A stretch of DNA of 63,964 bases, filler included, from Saprolegnia diclina VS20 (Eukaryota), in the NCBI RefSeq assembly GCF_000281045.1. It is 11 parts of 2 records of this genome, joined end to end, with 100 filler letters (N's around TTAATTAATTAA, not from the genome) between each part and the next. Parts side by side here need not be neighbours in the genome. Positions count along the whole stretch, not along the records: positions 1,352 to 10,988 come from NW_008246068.1; positions 11,089 to 17,581 come from NW_008246068.1; positions 17,682 to 19,466 come from NW_008246068.1; positions 19,567 to 20,920 come from NW_008246068.1; positions 21,021 to 23,166 come from NW_008246068.1; 6 more parts are not named here. One strand, 5' to 3'. The translations under genes and the position numbers were made by a program. Every line of letters starts with the position of its first letter. Position 1 is the first letter of the stretch. Positions 10,353-21,344 of the stretch are shown here, piece by piece. Under the pieces are notes generated by a model that worked only from the letters and a program-made list of their open reading frames with translations, was not told where the DNA came from and did not search any database.

Positions 10353-12148
10353 CTCGACCGGATTGGTAGAAATGCAGTCGAAAGCCAACGAATCAAGATG
10401 GTGGTCACGCAAATAGTGTTAAAAGTATCTCTCCGTTGCTTTCCGTTGCCAAGTTGAACAAAATTAGAACAACTCATTGCACTTTGGGTCGTGTCATTGA
10501 AGAACCTTCTCCATGGCAGCTCCTCTCGAAACAGCCCCATGCATCGGCCGCACCTTCTCATCGCGCACCGATTATTCAGCATACCTCGAGAGGTGGTCGT
10601 TCCAGAACGGCTTTAGCGTGTTGCAGGGTATGGTCCGCAACGAGTACTGTCCATATAACTTATCCATGGCTAGCGACTTCGAAGCGGGGCCAAGTTACGA
10701 CGATACAATCCGGCAGAGAACTCAGAAGCTCTGGCAACAGTGTGATCTTCACGTGCAACCCGCCAAGCCTATGCAATTGGACGATCCGGGCAACCAGGCC
10801 GAAGAATAACCCGGTGCACACAATCACAGGTTCAATCTTTTTGATGTACAACGTATGAAATCGCATCCAATAGAGATGAATCTCGAGCACTCCGATACGT
10901 GTGCGTCCACGCCCAACGCATCCGTCCGCCAAATCACGCAAATCCCAGCAGTAGCGGAGATCGTTCGGTCGACCCCCAATGTATCCGCNNNNNNNNNNNN
11001 NNNNNNNNNNNNNNNNNNNNNNNNNNNNNNNNTTAATTAATTAANNNNNNNNNNNNNNNNNNNNNNNNNNNNNNNNNNNNNNNNNNNNATGCAAAGCCCA
11101 AACCAGCGCATCTTGCTCGACGACGTGTCGTTGGGTTGTTGCCGCCACCAGATGTATAAACACCCTTTGAGCACTCTCGCAACCAGAATAGCTAGTATCA
11201 TCTTTACGAATCAGGACAAGCAAAGACACTCATGTCAAAGCTGATGCGCTTGTTGGGTTGGTCATTCTGCATCCCTTGATGAGCTCTCTGCCAGCACCAC
11301 CACGTGCCTACGGGTCATCACTCTGTAAAAGACCATCACTCTCAAATTGCTGGAGGCAGCAAGTGCAAACTACGACCACTCGACACGAATACATGTACGA
11401 GCGGCCAGCAACTTTCATGTGCAGTCCGATCAAACGCTCCATGGGATGTAGACTGCATGATCATCCACGGCCGTCAAACCGTTGTCGTCCAAGCTCGATA
11501 AGTTGGCCAATCCTTGCTAGGCGCTCCTCGTCGCTACAAAACATCCTTCACGGAGTCGAATCCATTGCCTTGGTCTCGTGCCCTCCGATGCGAATGCGTG
11601 TACTCGATGAACCGATCGATGGCGATCTCCAAGCTGGATGCTACACGCTCCACGACCTCTACCGAACCACTGCACCTTCCATCGGACGCTCCTCGCCAGT
11701 CGAAAGCAGAGTGACCAAGTTCAAGCGGGTGCACCCGAGACGCGACACGTGGTGCGAGCCGGATAAGTCCATAGATCTTGTTTGTCGCAGTTTGGGCAAT
11801 CAGCGCTGTTGGATGGCGTCCGTGGAAGATCCCTTTGGCGGTTATCGATGGGTCCTTCCTCGCCCTTCCAGCCGCCCGCTGTGCGCCGGCCCAAGGGTCG
11901 GTTGCCTGCGCTCCATCGCCCGCCATCGCCTCCCGCCGTACGAATCGCTGTAGCTGGCGCCGTCGCTCCAGGATCGTCGTCGGCGGTCTCGCGTCGGCGC
12001 AGCCAGAATAAAATTCTGATGTCCCACGGCCGCCGGCTGGCTGATTCTTTTGTAAATAAAATGGTTTCATACAATCACGTAGATAAAATAAATATTGCCC
12101 TGTATATGGTCCGGCGTAAGATCCCTCATTTTCGATCTCCTCGCCAAC

Positions 12149-13888
12149 ATGACCAAGTACCAAAGCACCCGCGGTGGCGTCCGCGGCTTCTCGTTCGAGG
12201 AGGCGGTTCTGAGCGGCCTCGCGGCCGACCGCGGCCTCTTCGTGCCCGAGAGCGTCCCGCAGCTGCCCGAAGGCGCGCTCGAGGCCTGGGCCAAGCTCTC
12301 GTACGAGGAGCTCGCCGTCGAAGTCATGAGCCTCTTCATTGACGACGCCGAGATCCCGCGCGCCGACTTGACGGCGCTCGTCGCCAAGGCGTACACGTGC
12401 TCGGAGACCAACTTCCGCGACCCGACGATCGCGCCCGTCGTGCAGGTCAAGGACCAGCTCTACATGCTCGAGCTCTTCCACGGCCCGACGTTTGCCTTCA
12501 AGGACGTTGCGCTCCAGTTCCTCGGCCACCTCTTCGAGTACTTTCTGGAGCGCAAGAACCGCAACGAGACGTCGGGCAAGACGCACCGCATCACGGTCGT
12601 CGGCGCCACGTCGGGCGACACGGGCAGCGCTGCCATCTACGGCCTCCGCAACAAGAAGAACGTCGAGGTCTTCATCATGTACCCGCACGGCCGCGTCTCG
12701 GCGATCCAGGAGCAGCAAATGGCGTGCATCCTTGACGAGAACATCCACAACCTCGCCGTTAAGGTGCGCTTCTCCGCAATTGTGCGAGGTCGAATGCTCA
12801 TGCAGCGTGGTGTGTAGGGTACCTTTGACGACTGCCAGGCGATCGTCAAGGACTGCTTTGCCGACGCCGAGTTCAAGGCCGCGTACTCGCTCGGCGCCGT
12901 CAACTCGATCAACTGGGCGCGCATCCTCGCGCAGATCGTCTACTACTTTTACGCGTACTTTCGCCTGTCGCCCGAGGCGCAGAAGAAGGTCGCGTTCTCG
13001 GTGCCGACCGGCAACTTTGGCGACATTCTCGCTGGCTTTTACGCCATGGTAGACCTCCATCTTTCGTATGTATCTCATGGCGCATGGCGTAGAAACTCGG
13101 TCTCCCGATGCAAAAGCTCATCGTCGCGACCAACGACAACGACATCCTCCACCGCTTCTTCTCGACCGGCGCGTACCATCGGTCGGGCGTCTCGCACACG
13201 ATCTCGCCGTCGATGGACATTTGCGTCTCGAGCAACTTTGAGCGGTACCTCTTTGCGCTCTGCGGCGACGACGCCGCGATCCTCCACCAGTGGATGAGCA
13301 CGTTTGAAGCGACGGGCAAGCTCACAGTCGAGGGCCCGCTCCTCGCCAAGGCCAAGCACGAAATGGCCTCGTACAGCGTCCTCGAGCCGGTACATACCAT
13401 ATCTTATTTGTTTCTTATCGATACTCATGCTCGAGTTCTAGGAGGTGCTGCAGACGATCCAGACGTACCACGATACGCACAACTACGTGCTCGACCCGCA
13501 CTCGGCGATCGGTGTTGCCGCCGGTGACGCCTACCTCCGCGACGTGGCCGACGCCGACGTGACGGTCGTCGTGCTCGCGACGGCGCACTATGGCAAGTTT
13601 ATGCCGACGGTGCAGTCGGCCTTTTCGACGCCAGTGGCGCTGCCGCAGCACCCGATCCTCAAGGCGCTCGAGTCGCTGCCGCAGAAGAGCCGCGTGACCG
13701 AGAACAGCGTCGCCGCCGTCCAAGCCCTTGTCCGCGAGACGGTGCCATTGGCCAAGAAGCGCATGCCGCGCTGCGTCTTTGGCGCGGCGAGCTACCTCCT
13801 CCCCGAGTCGAATGCCCTCAAGGCGGCGCTGGTCCTTGCGGTGGGTGCGGTCGCGGTCGTCGCACTGCAGCGCTCGGCCAAGCACTAG
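12149..13888 (+). CDS. thrC: Threonine synthase (yeast Thr4/bacterial ThrC type), 4 exons; introns ~12764-12817, 13049-13092, 13390-13441
   Basis: Motifs MTKYQSTRG, GLAADRGLFVP, LELFHGPTFAFKD (PLP lysine), GATSGDTGSAA, GTFDDCQ, NSINWARI, VPTGNFG, SPSMDI.VSSNFER and LATAH; GT-AG introns restore the frame. Confidence 0.95.
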
Positions 13889-14334
13889 AGTTGATAGATG
13901 ATAGTACACATATATACCTCCTCTACACCGCTGGCGGACGTACGAGTGCAGTTGCCGCTGTGTGACTTGATGGCACCGTATTCACAGTCGTGGCAAGTCC
14001 GCGCGTCGGATTCTGCTGCGAAACGCTCGTTCGTGCCGCCACGTCATCCATCCGGATGCATCGTGTATATTTCCGGACATATCTTTGCAGGTTGCAGGGG
14101 TCACCGTGTCGGCCCCCGATTGAGGTTCGGATGCATGCGCTCGGCAAGACGGAGTTCAACTCCCGGTCGAGACCATCGTATCGATGAGTCTCGTTCAGAC
14201 AGCAGTAGGGCGCAACGACATTCTCAAAAACGACTTGAGAACAAAACTCACAATACTATGCATTTCCAATTTTTCAACTTTGAAACCCCCTGATATACAT
14301 GATTTGTTGCATATACATGTACATGCAAATACTG

Positions 14335-14712
14335 TACAAGTCGTCATTAAACGCACCAGACAAAAGGCCGACGAGGTAGCCGTCGCTCGAGATGCCACCG
14401 AGGATCGTCGTGGCCACGCGAACCGTGGCGTTGAAGTCCTTGTAACATGTGACGATCTTGACGGTCCGCAGATGCGCGCGAACGTAAGCGCGAAGCGGCT
14501 GGACGACGCGGCGGCAAAGTCGCGGTGGTCGTCAAGGCTGAGCAAGAGTGCTCGGTAGGCGTCGCTGCGACGACCTCGCAAGACATTCGCGTGCAGGCCA
14601 TTCGCTTCGACAAACGCGCGCCACGCGTCCGAGACAGGTCTCCGCTCGTCCTCACGTCGAAGCTCGGCGCTCTCTTCAACCGTCCCGGCCGTCGCGCAAA
14701 AGACGCAGGTAC
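14335..14712 (-). pseudogene. 5'-truncated, frameshifted 'GWHWYN' family copy B
   Basis: GTCVFCATAGTVEE...ANGLHAN in one frame, then QPLRAYVRAHLRTVKIVTC...GGISSDGYLVG in another. The N-terminal two thirds are absent. Confidence 0.75.
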
Positions 14713-14936
14713 CAGTTTGTTGAAATGAGTTACTACTTGGTACTTGTTTGGTAGGATCTTGATCGGACGCGCGGAGGCTTGAAATTGCAGCTTTACCGGC
14801 ACAGAAATTGTTCGAGTTTGCTGCCGAGCTCGAGGTGAAGGGCATTGTGTGGTGTTATAGAACAGTGGATGCTACGCACTACACAAGGCATTTGGCCTCA
14901 ATGGTATGAACGATCCAATGTTGACGGTATAAACCA

Positions 14937-15860
14937 TCAAATTTCAAAGAAAACGCCGGCGATGTACCCGTCGCGCGTGACACCGGCGAGAAACGAAATG
15001 CTATCCTTGTACGCGCCGACGTCGGCCTCAAAGCACGTGACAATCTTGACGTCGGCCAAGTGTGCAGTGAGCTGCGCGTGCAGCGGCTGCAGAACATTGC
15101 TGCAAAAAGCGCGGTGGGTGGCCCGGTGGTGGATCAGCGCGTCGGCGGCGTCTTGGCGCCACGACTCGGACGTATTCGGATGTAGACCATGGGCGTCCAC
15201 GAGCGAAACCCATGCGACCGCAACCGCGTCTTCCTCTTCGTCATTGCTCGCCAGAGTGGCAGATGACGTGCAGAAAGCACAAGTGCCGTCGTCCGACAAG
15301 TTGTACCAGTGCCACCCGACGCCATGGGGAATGGAGAATCTATCGCCGACAAGATCGTCGCGAGGGTAGTTGAAGAGCTTGGTCATATCCTCGCGGCCCC
15401 AGCGCATCGACGTCGGGTTCGGGCGGCAGCACGGTGCCATGAGCAGAGTGCTGATGTTGTAAAAGTCGAAATGACCAGTCGACCCAGCGGGTGGTCGCTT
15501 GTACGTCGTGAGCGCGCGCGCAATGATCTCGGCGAGCTTCTGGCGCATGACCAGCGCCCGATACAGGGCCTTGTGGTCCGTGACGCTGGTCTCGGCGCGC
15601 TTGGCGAGCTCGAAGCAGCCGACGTACTTGTCGTCGACGTAGCCGTTGGTGATGTGTCGTCTGCAAAGGATATCGAGGTAGCTCATCCCCATATTTTCAA
15701 ACACATCTTCGTCGTAGAGCGTCGGGCAAAAGGCGAGGCAGTTGGTGCTGTAGTCGGTGATGGCGCTGACCAGCGACGGGTTGGTGAGCACGGTGCTGGC
15801 GCTGCACGAACGACTGGTCGGCGGCGATAACAGCCAAGCAGAGCGCTTCGAGGAAGCCAT
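14937..15860 (-). CDS. Uncharacterised 'GWHWYN' family protein, copy C (most divergent intact copy)
   Basis: 307-aa ORF with STVLTNPSLVSAITDY, GVGWHWYNLSDDGTCAFC and GVTRDGYIAGVFF. Confidence 0.85.
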   Translation of the reverse strand: MASSKRSAWLLSPPTSRSCSASTVLTNPSLVSAITDYSTNCLAFCPTLYDEDVFENMGMSYLDILCRRHITNGYVDDKYVGCFELAKRAETSVTDHKALYRALVMRQKLAEIIARALTTYKRPPAGSTGHFDFYNISTLLMAPCCRPNPTSMRWGREDMTKLFNYPRDDLVGDRFSIPHGVGWHWYNLSDDGTCAFCTSSATLASNDEEEDAVAVAWVSLVDAHGLHPNTSESWRQDAADALIHHRATHRAFCSNVLQPLHAQLTAHLADVKIVTCFEADVGAYKDSISFLAGVTRDGYIAGVFFEI

Positions 15861-16164
15861 GGTGTGCTCCGAGACGAAATGAAAAGTGAAGGGATTGCGG
15901 ACGACGGCTTTGATTGGCCAAAGCGGTACTCGAAAACGACTTGCGATTGGACAGATTTAAGAACCTTTTTGATGGGACAGTTTGCAGCATTTTTGAAAGC
16001 TGCGACCGTTGGTTGACAGGACCAAGCGTTTCGGTCTTGGCGCCATGTCGCTCCAGCCCACCATGAATGCTAGTTCTTTACTATAGCGTGTGCGCTACTG
16101 TGCAAAAGCACAGTAGTGCAAGACAAGCGTGCAGGTGTCGCGAGAGTCCAGGATTTATATATTT

Positions 16165-16941
16165 TTACAAAACATCGACAAACCCAAAGAAGACGCCGAT
16201 GAGGTACCCGTCGGCGGTCAGCCCGCCCACGAAAGACGAGCTCACGATTTGGTCGACGCTGTCACGGTAGTCGCACGTGACGATCTTGACGTCACTCGAG
16301 TGCGCGCGGAGGTGCACCTGTAACGGCTGCATGACGTTGCTACAGAATGCGCGGTTGGCCTCGCTGTTTTGAACCAGCGCTCTATAAGCGTAAGCGCGCC
16401 ACGACCGGAACGCATTGATGTGCAGACCGTGGGCGTCAATGAAAGCGCGCCAGTTGTCTGAGATCTCGTTGTGGTGCTCACCGTACCCAAACTCGTCCTG
16501 CAGCCCGTAATCGAGCGCGACGGTGCCAGCGGTGGCGCAGAACGCACAGGTACCGTCGTCCGACAAGTTGTACCAGTGCCACCCAACGCCGTTGGGAACG
16601 CCAAAGCCATTGTCGCGAAACCCGGTGACGCTGGCGCCAAAGACCTTGGCGACATCGTCGCGGCCCCACGTCGTTGAAGTCGGGTCCACGCGGCAGCTTG
16701 GCGCAAACAGCATCGGGCATACTTCATAAAGATTGAACTGATCGATACCACCGGCTGGTTGCCGGTACGTTGTTGCGATTGGCGCAATGATCTCAGCGAG
16801 CTCCTCGCGCAGTTTCAGCGCCTGATGGAGAGCATCGGGATCCGCGGCGCCTGTCTTGGCACGCGCCACAAGCTCGTCCTTGCTGAGGTTGTCTGTGTGG
16901 TCGACGCAGCTGTAGGTGGCGTGCGGTGCAGGGGAAGACAT
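16165..16941 (-). CDS. Uncharacterised 'GWHWYN' family protein, copy D (lacks N-terminal segment)
   Basis: ORF from MSSPAPHATY with GVGWHWYNLSDDGTCAFC and GGLTADGYLIGVFFGFVDVL. Confidence 0.8.
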   Translation of the reverse strand: MSSPAPHATYSCVDHTDNLSKDELVARAKTGAADPDALHQALKLREELAEIIAPIATTYRQPAGGIDQFNLYEVCPMLFAPSCRVDPTSTTWGRDDVAKVFGASVTGFRDNGFGVPNGVGWHWYNLSDDGTCAFCATAGTVALDYGLQDEFGYGEHHNEISDNWRAFIDAHGLHINAFRSWRAYAYRALVQNSEANRAFCSNVMQPLQVHLRAHSSDVKIVTCDYRDSVDQIVSSSFVGGLTADGYLIGVFFGFVDVL

Positions 16942-17525
16942 AGTGACTTGGGCGAGGTAGATTGTCAAATGAATCGTTTGAAAAGGTCCTCTGCCAACAC
17001 TATTGACAGAGGACGATGTTACCCATACAAACACCAATATATTTGTGAATGAAGGTCTTCACTCCGCTGGGATTTCACTGCAGCATCAATGCGCTTGTCG
17101 AAATCAAAATGAGATCACCATGAGGCCGCCACGTCAGGAACGAATTTTAGCCAATGAGAAGCCAGGGAATTTTAACGGGTGCCGTCAAAAGTCCAAAGCA
17201 TCAGAGTATTTTGCACATACCCCAGGCGGCACCACTCCTTCTCTCACATGCTATCAATTTATCGAACTATGAATTGAATAAATCATGAATAATTAATACA
17301 AAGGTCAATAATGCGACACATATAAGGTGTGTTGGTCGTGACATTTTGCATGTGGGTTTTTTCATACATGAGTTTCAGAAATATTTCAGAGCGATTGGGA
17401 AAATTTCGTTATTGACGCTGCACACTGCGAGGATGTTGGGAGTGAACTCTGTCAAACATTATTCGCTCCTATTAACACAATTCACTTTGGCAAGACGGGT
17501 GACGCGAGAGTCCAGGATATTTTTC

Positions 17526-18581
17526 TTACAAAACATCGACAAAGCCAAAGAAGACGCCGACGAGGTACCCGTCAGGCGACANNNNNNNNNNNNNNNNNNN
17601 NNNNNNNNNNNNNNNNNNNNNNNNNTTAATTAATTAANNNNNNNNNNNNNNNNNNNNNNNNNNNNNNNNNNNNNNNNNNNNGCCACCAAGGAAAGACGTG
17701 CTCATGACCTGGTCGACGTCGTCGCAGTAGGCGAGCGTGACGAACTTGACGTCGCTCAGATGCGCAGTGAGATGCGCTCGCAACGGCTGCACGACGTCGC
17801 GGCAAAAGGCGCGGTGCGCGTCGCTGTTTGTTACGAGCGCCATCTGAGCGCCGCTGCGCCCGCTTCGGAACGCATTGATGTGCAGCCCGTGGGCGGTGAT
17901 GAATGCGCGCCAGTTGGCCGAAATCTCGTTGTACTCGCCGTACGAGCACTCGTCTTGCCGCGCGTAGTCGATCTCGACGGTGCCAGCCGTCGCGCAGAAG
18001 GCGCAACTACCGTCCTCGGACGCGTTGTACCAGTGCCATGCAACGCCGTTGGGGACACCCATCCCGTTCTCACGAAACTCGATTCCGTCGCAGTTGAAAA
18101 TCTTGACCAAATCGTCACGACCCCACGTCGTCGACGTCGGGTCCACGCGGCAGCTTGGCGCAAACAGCGTCGGGCGTACGTCGTAGATGTCAAATTGGTG
18201 GATGCCGCCGGCCTGCCGAAAGTGGTGGTGTGAGATGGGCGCGACGATCTCGGCCATCTTGTGGCGCACGGCAAGAGCGCGATACAAAGCCTTGTGGTCC
18301 TTGACACTGGCCTTGGCGCGCGCCACGAGCTCGTCGCGGCAAAGGTTGGCTTCGTGGTCGACGTAGCCGTTGGTGACGTGCTTGCCGGCGAGGCTCGCAA
18401 CGAGGTAGTAGTACGGATCTCCCCTCGAGCCGCGAACCTCGTAGAGCTTTGGGCATACGTCGAGGCAGCTGGGGCAAAACCCAAAGATGGCGACGACGAG
18501 CGACGGGTTCGTGAACACTGCGCTGGCACTGCACGCACGGTCGAACGAGGAGGAAGGTGCAGAGTGGTTTGGGGAGAACAT
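17526..18581 (-). CDS. Uncharacterised 'GWHWYN' family protein, copy E (spans a placeholder gap)
   Basis: MFSPNHSAP...GVAWHWYNASEDGSCAFC...TSFLGG before the gap continues as (V)SPDGYLVGVFFGFVDVL* at 17581-17526. Confidence 0.82.
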
Positions 18582-19018
18582 GATGATTCGGAAGCAGTCA
18601 ATTGAAGAATGTATTGCCGGACTCTGAGAATGTGACGGCCAATCGTTTGCACGAACCGGTGTTGAAACATGTTGTCTCGATTCCACCGGCTAAAGAAGAC
18701 CATCATTATGTTTGTTGCAAATTAAGAGTGGGACTGTGGGACAACGGTCTCGAAACGGGAGATGCGTGCGCTTGTGGCCGATGAATTTCACGGGCGTTTG
18801 GAGAGAGGCAGTCTTATACGTCAAAACCGAGGTGCGCGTTGACATGATTAGCCAGTCTCGACGGGGGCTGCTCGGGCACGGTTGGGAGACCGGATTTTGT
18901 GCCTTGGGCAGTTGAAACCACTTGGTGGTCCACATTGAGTTTTCGCAAAATGGGGCTCGACCCGGTTTGAATAAAACAACCACGCAGGTGATGTGAGGTC
19001 AAAAATGTACTATTTAGC

Positions 19019-19466
19019 TTACAACACATCGACGAACCCAAAGAAGACGCCGATGAGGTACCCGTCGGGCGACACGCCACCGAGGAACGACGTGCTCACG
19101 ATTTGGTCACAGTCGTTGCAGTAGTTGCATGTGACAATCTTGACGTCACTCAAATGCGCCGTGAGATGCGCGCGCAACGGCTGCATGACGTTACTGCAAA
19201 AGGCGCGGTGGGCCTCGCTGTTTTGAACCAGCGCCTCGTGCGCGTACGCGCGCCACGACCGGAACGCATTGATGTGCAGACCGTGGGCGTCAATGAAAGC
19301 GCGCCAGTTGTCTGAGATCTCGTTATGGTGCTCGCCATACCCAAACTCGTCCTGCAGCCCGTAATCGATCGCGACGGTGCCAGCGGTGGCGCAGAACGCG
19401 CAGGTACCGTCGTCCGACAAGTTGTACCAGTGCCACCCAACGCCGTTGGGAACGCCAAAGCCATTG
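19019..19466 (-). CDS. Uncharacterised 'GWHWYN' family protein, copy F (5' part in gap)
   Basis: GFGVPNGVGWHWYNLSDDGTCAFC...GGVSPDGYLIGVFFGFVDVL*. Confidence 0.8.
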
Positions 19467-19565
19467 NNNNNNNNNNNNNNNNNNNNNNNNNNNNNNNNNN
19501 NNNNNNNNNNTTAATTAATTAANNNNNNNNNNNNNNNNNNNNNNNNNNNNNNNNNNNNNNNNNNN

Positions 19566-20920
19566 NAGCAAGCGCAAGGGTCCAGCGCCGTCTTTATCGG
19601 CAGCTGCGAGGTCAATGTGCCGTCTGCTACGGAGTCGCCGCATGAGAAAGTGGTGCCCATAACTCTTGGCGGTGTCAAGAGCGGCGAACTTCTCGTCTAC
19701 GTCGGCCACAACAATGCACTGGAGCGCATGCGTTCGCTGTCGGTGACGCCGCCACCTGCCCAGACGCAACCGCCCATCGCAGAGCCGAGCCCGACATCGA
19801 CGTCGGAGCTTGTTTCTGGGACGAACGTGATGCCAATGTCTCCAAAACGCACGCCAGAGCCACCTCAACCAGCGCCGACGCCAACGACTTCATTGGATCT
19901 CGAGCCATTTCAGGACCTCCCAATGTCCATTCGTCGAATCAACCTGCGAGATTTGGATCTGGGAGCGCAGCCGAACAACTCGGGTTCTTACGGCAGCGTC
20001 CGCATCTCTACCCTCGACAACATGCGCGTTGCAGTCAAGTCGCTCTACAAGAAGGGTAACTACATGGATACGTTCAAGAAGGAAGTCGAGCTCATGCACC
20101 GCCTCGAGTCGCCACATACACCCAAGCTCCTTGGCATTTCCAGCGACAAGGATGGGCAGCCGTGCATCGTCATGGAGCTCCTGCCCGGCGGTGACTTGAA
20201 AGAACATCTCGAGCGATTGCGTCAACAGCTCTCAGCGACTCACACCGTCGAAAGTATGCTCCCGTTCGCTCTTCAGATCGCCAAGGGTCTCGCCTACCTC
20301 CACGGACACAAGATCATCCACCGCGATCTCAAGCCAAACAACATCCTCCTCAGCAACGATAAGACAACTGTCAAGATCGGCGACTTTGGCGTTTCGCGCC
20401 AAGCGAGCATCGAAGCCATGACCAATAACGTTGGCACCGCGCTGTGGATGGCCCCCGAGGTCGTGCTCACCCGCAAATACTCGATTGCAGCAGATGTTTT
20501 TGCGCTTGGGGTCATCTTGACACAGCTCAATACGCTGCAGACGGACCCCTACGCTGATCGCAAACTCAAAGGGATGGCGCTCGTCTTCAACATCGCTAAA
20601 GAAGGTCTGCGCCCTTCGATGCCGTCGACGTGTCCCGTCTGGTACCGAGACCTCGCGACGGCTTGCATGAGCGCCAAACCGAGCCAGCGTCCTACTGCTG
20701 CTGAGGTCGTGCAACAACTCGAGGCGCACTTGGCTCTGCCACAGCTTCCCGACCCGGGCCTTCTCGATCGTGAACTTGTCGCGTCGAGCCAGACCAGCCG
20801 CGTCTACCGGTCGTCGTACAATGGCACCTCCGTCATCGTCAAAGCGTTCACATCACTCTCGCAGGGTCAATTCAAAGGCGCTGTCCAGCGCATGGCAAAG
20901 CTGCAGTCGGCACACACGGT
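19566..20920 (+). CDS. TKL-family protein kinase followed by the start of a second kinase-like domain (both ends in gaps)
   Basis: GSYGSV, VAVK, HRDLKPNN, DFG, GTALWMAPE and DVFALG, followed by a second SRVYRSSYNGTSVIVK lobe. Confidence 0.9.
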
Positions 20921-21020
20921 NNNNNNNNNNNNNNNNNNNNNNNNNNNNNNNNNNNNNNNNNNNNTTAATTAATTAANNNNNNNNNNNNNNNNNNNNNNNN
21001 NNNNNNNNNNNNNNNNNNNN

Positions 21021-21191
21021 TCCAAGAAGCTGGGGTCGGGCATGCTTCTGGGACAATATGTACCGCGACGTCTCGGCTCGACAGCATATGTGCCGAACCG
21101 GCACCCGACGGCAGCGTTTGTCTACTTGGCGCAAGAGGCCCAGGCGCAACTGGCGACGCTGCGCAAACAGAGTTTTGCGTGTCTGCATTAA
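21021..21191 (+). CDS. 3' fragment of a CxPMRxSKK-domain protein paralog (rest in gap)
   Basis: SKKLGSGMLLGQYVPRRLGSTAY...QSFACLH*, nearly identical to the end of 26800-27564. Confidence 0.8.
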   Translation, partial: SKKLGSGMLLGQYVPRRLGSTAYVPNRHPTAAFVYLAQEAQAQLATLRKQSFACLH

Positions 21192-21344
21192 GTGGCTGTA
21201 CGTGGTGTAGTGTAGGCAATACTTCCTTGTTTCAACATGTTTTTGATATGTTCCCCAGTCACAGTACGCATCATGTGCGTGTTTAGCATTGCACCGCTGT
21301 GGTGGTCATGAACTGATCCTGAAGCGTCCCTCTCACTCGTGTGA

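Noticed and set aside
11089..11953. 231-aa ORF upstream of threonine synthase
   Set aside because: No domain signal and non-coding-like composition; it may be decayed sequence.
14148..14175. ggagttcaactcccggtcgagacca resembling a tRNA T-arm and 3' end
   Set aside because: No matching acceptor stem, D-arm or anticodon arm could be built upstream.
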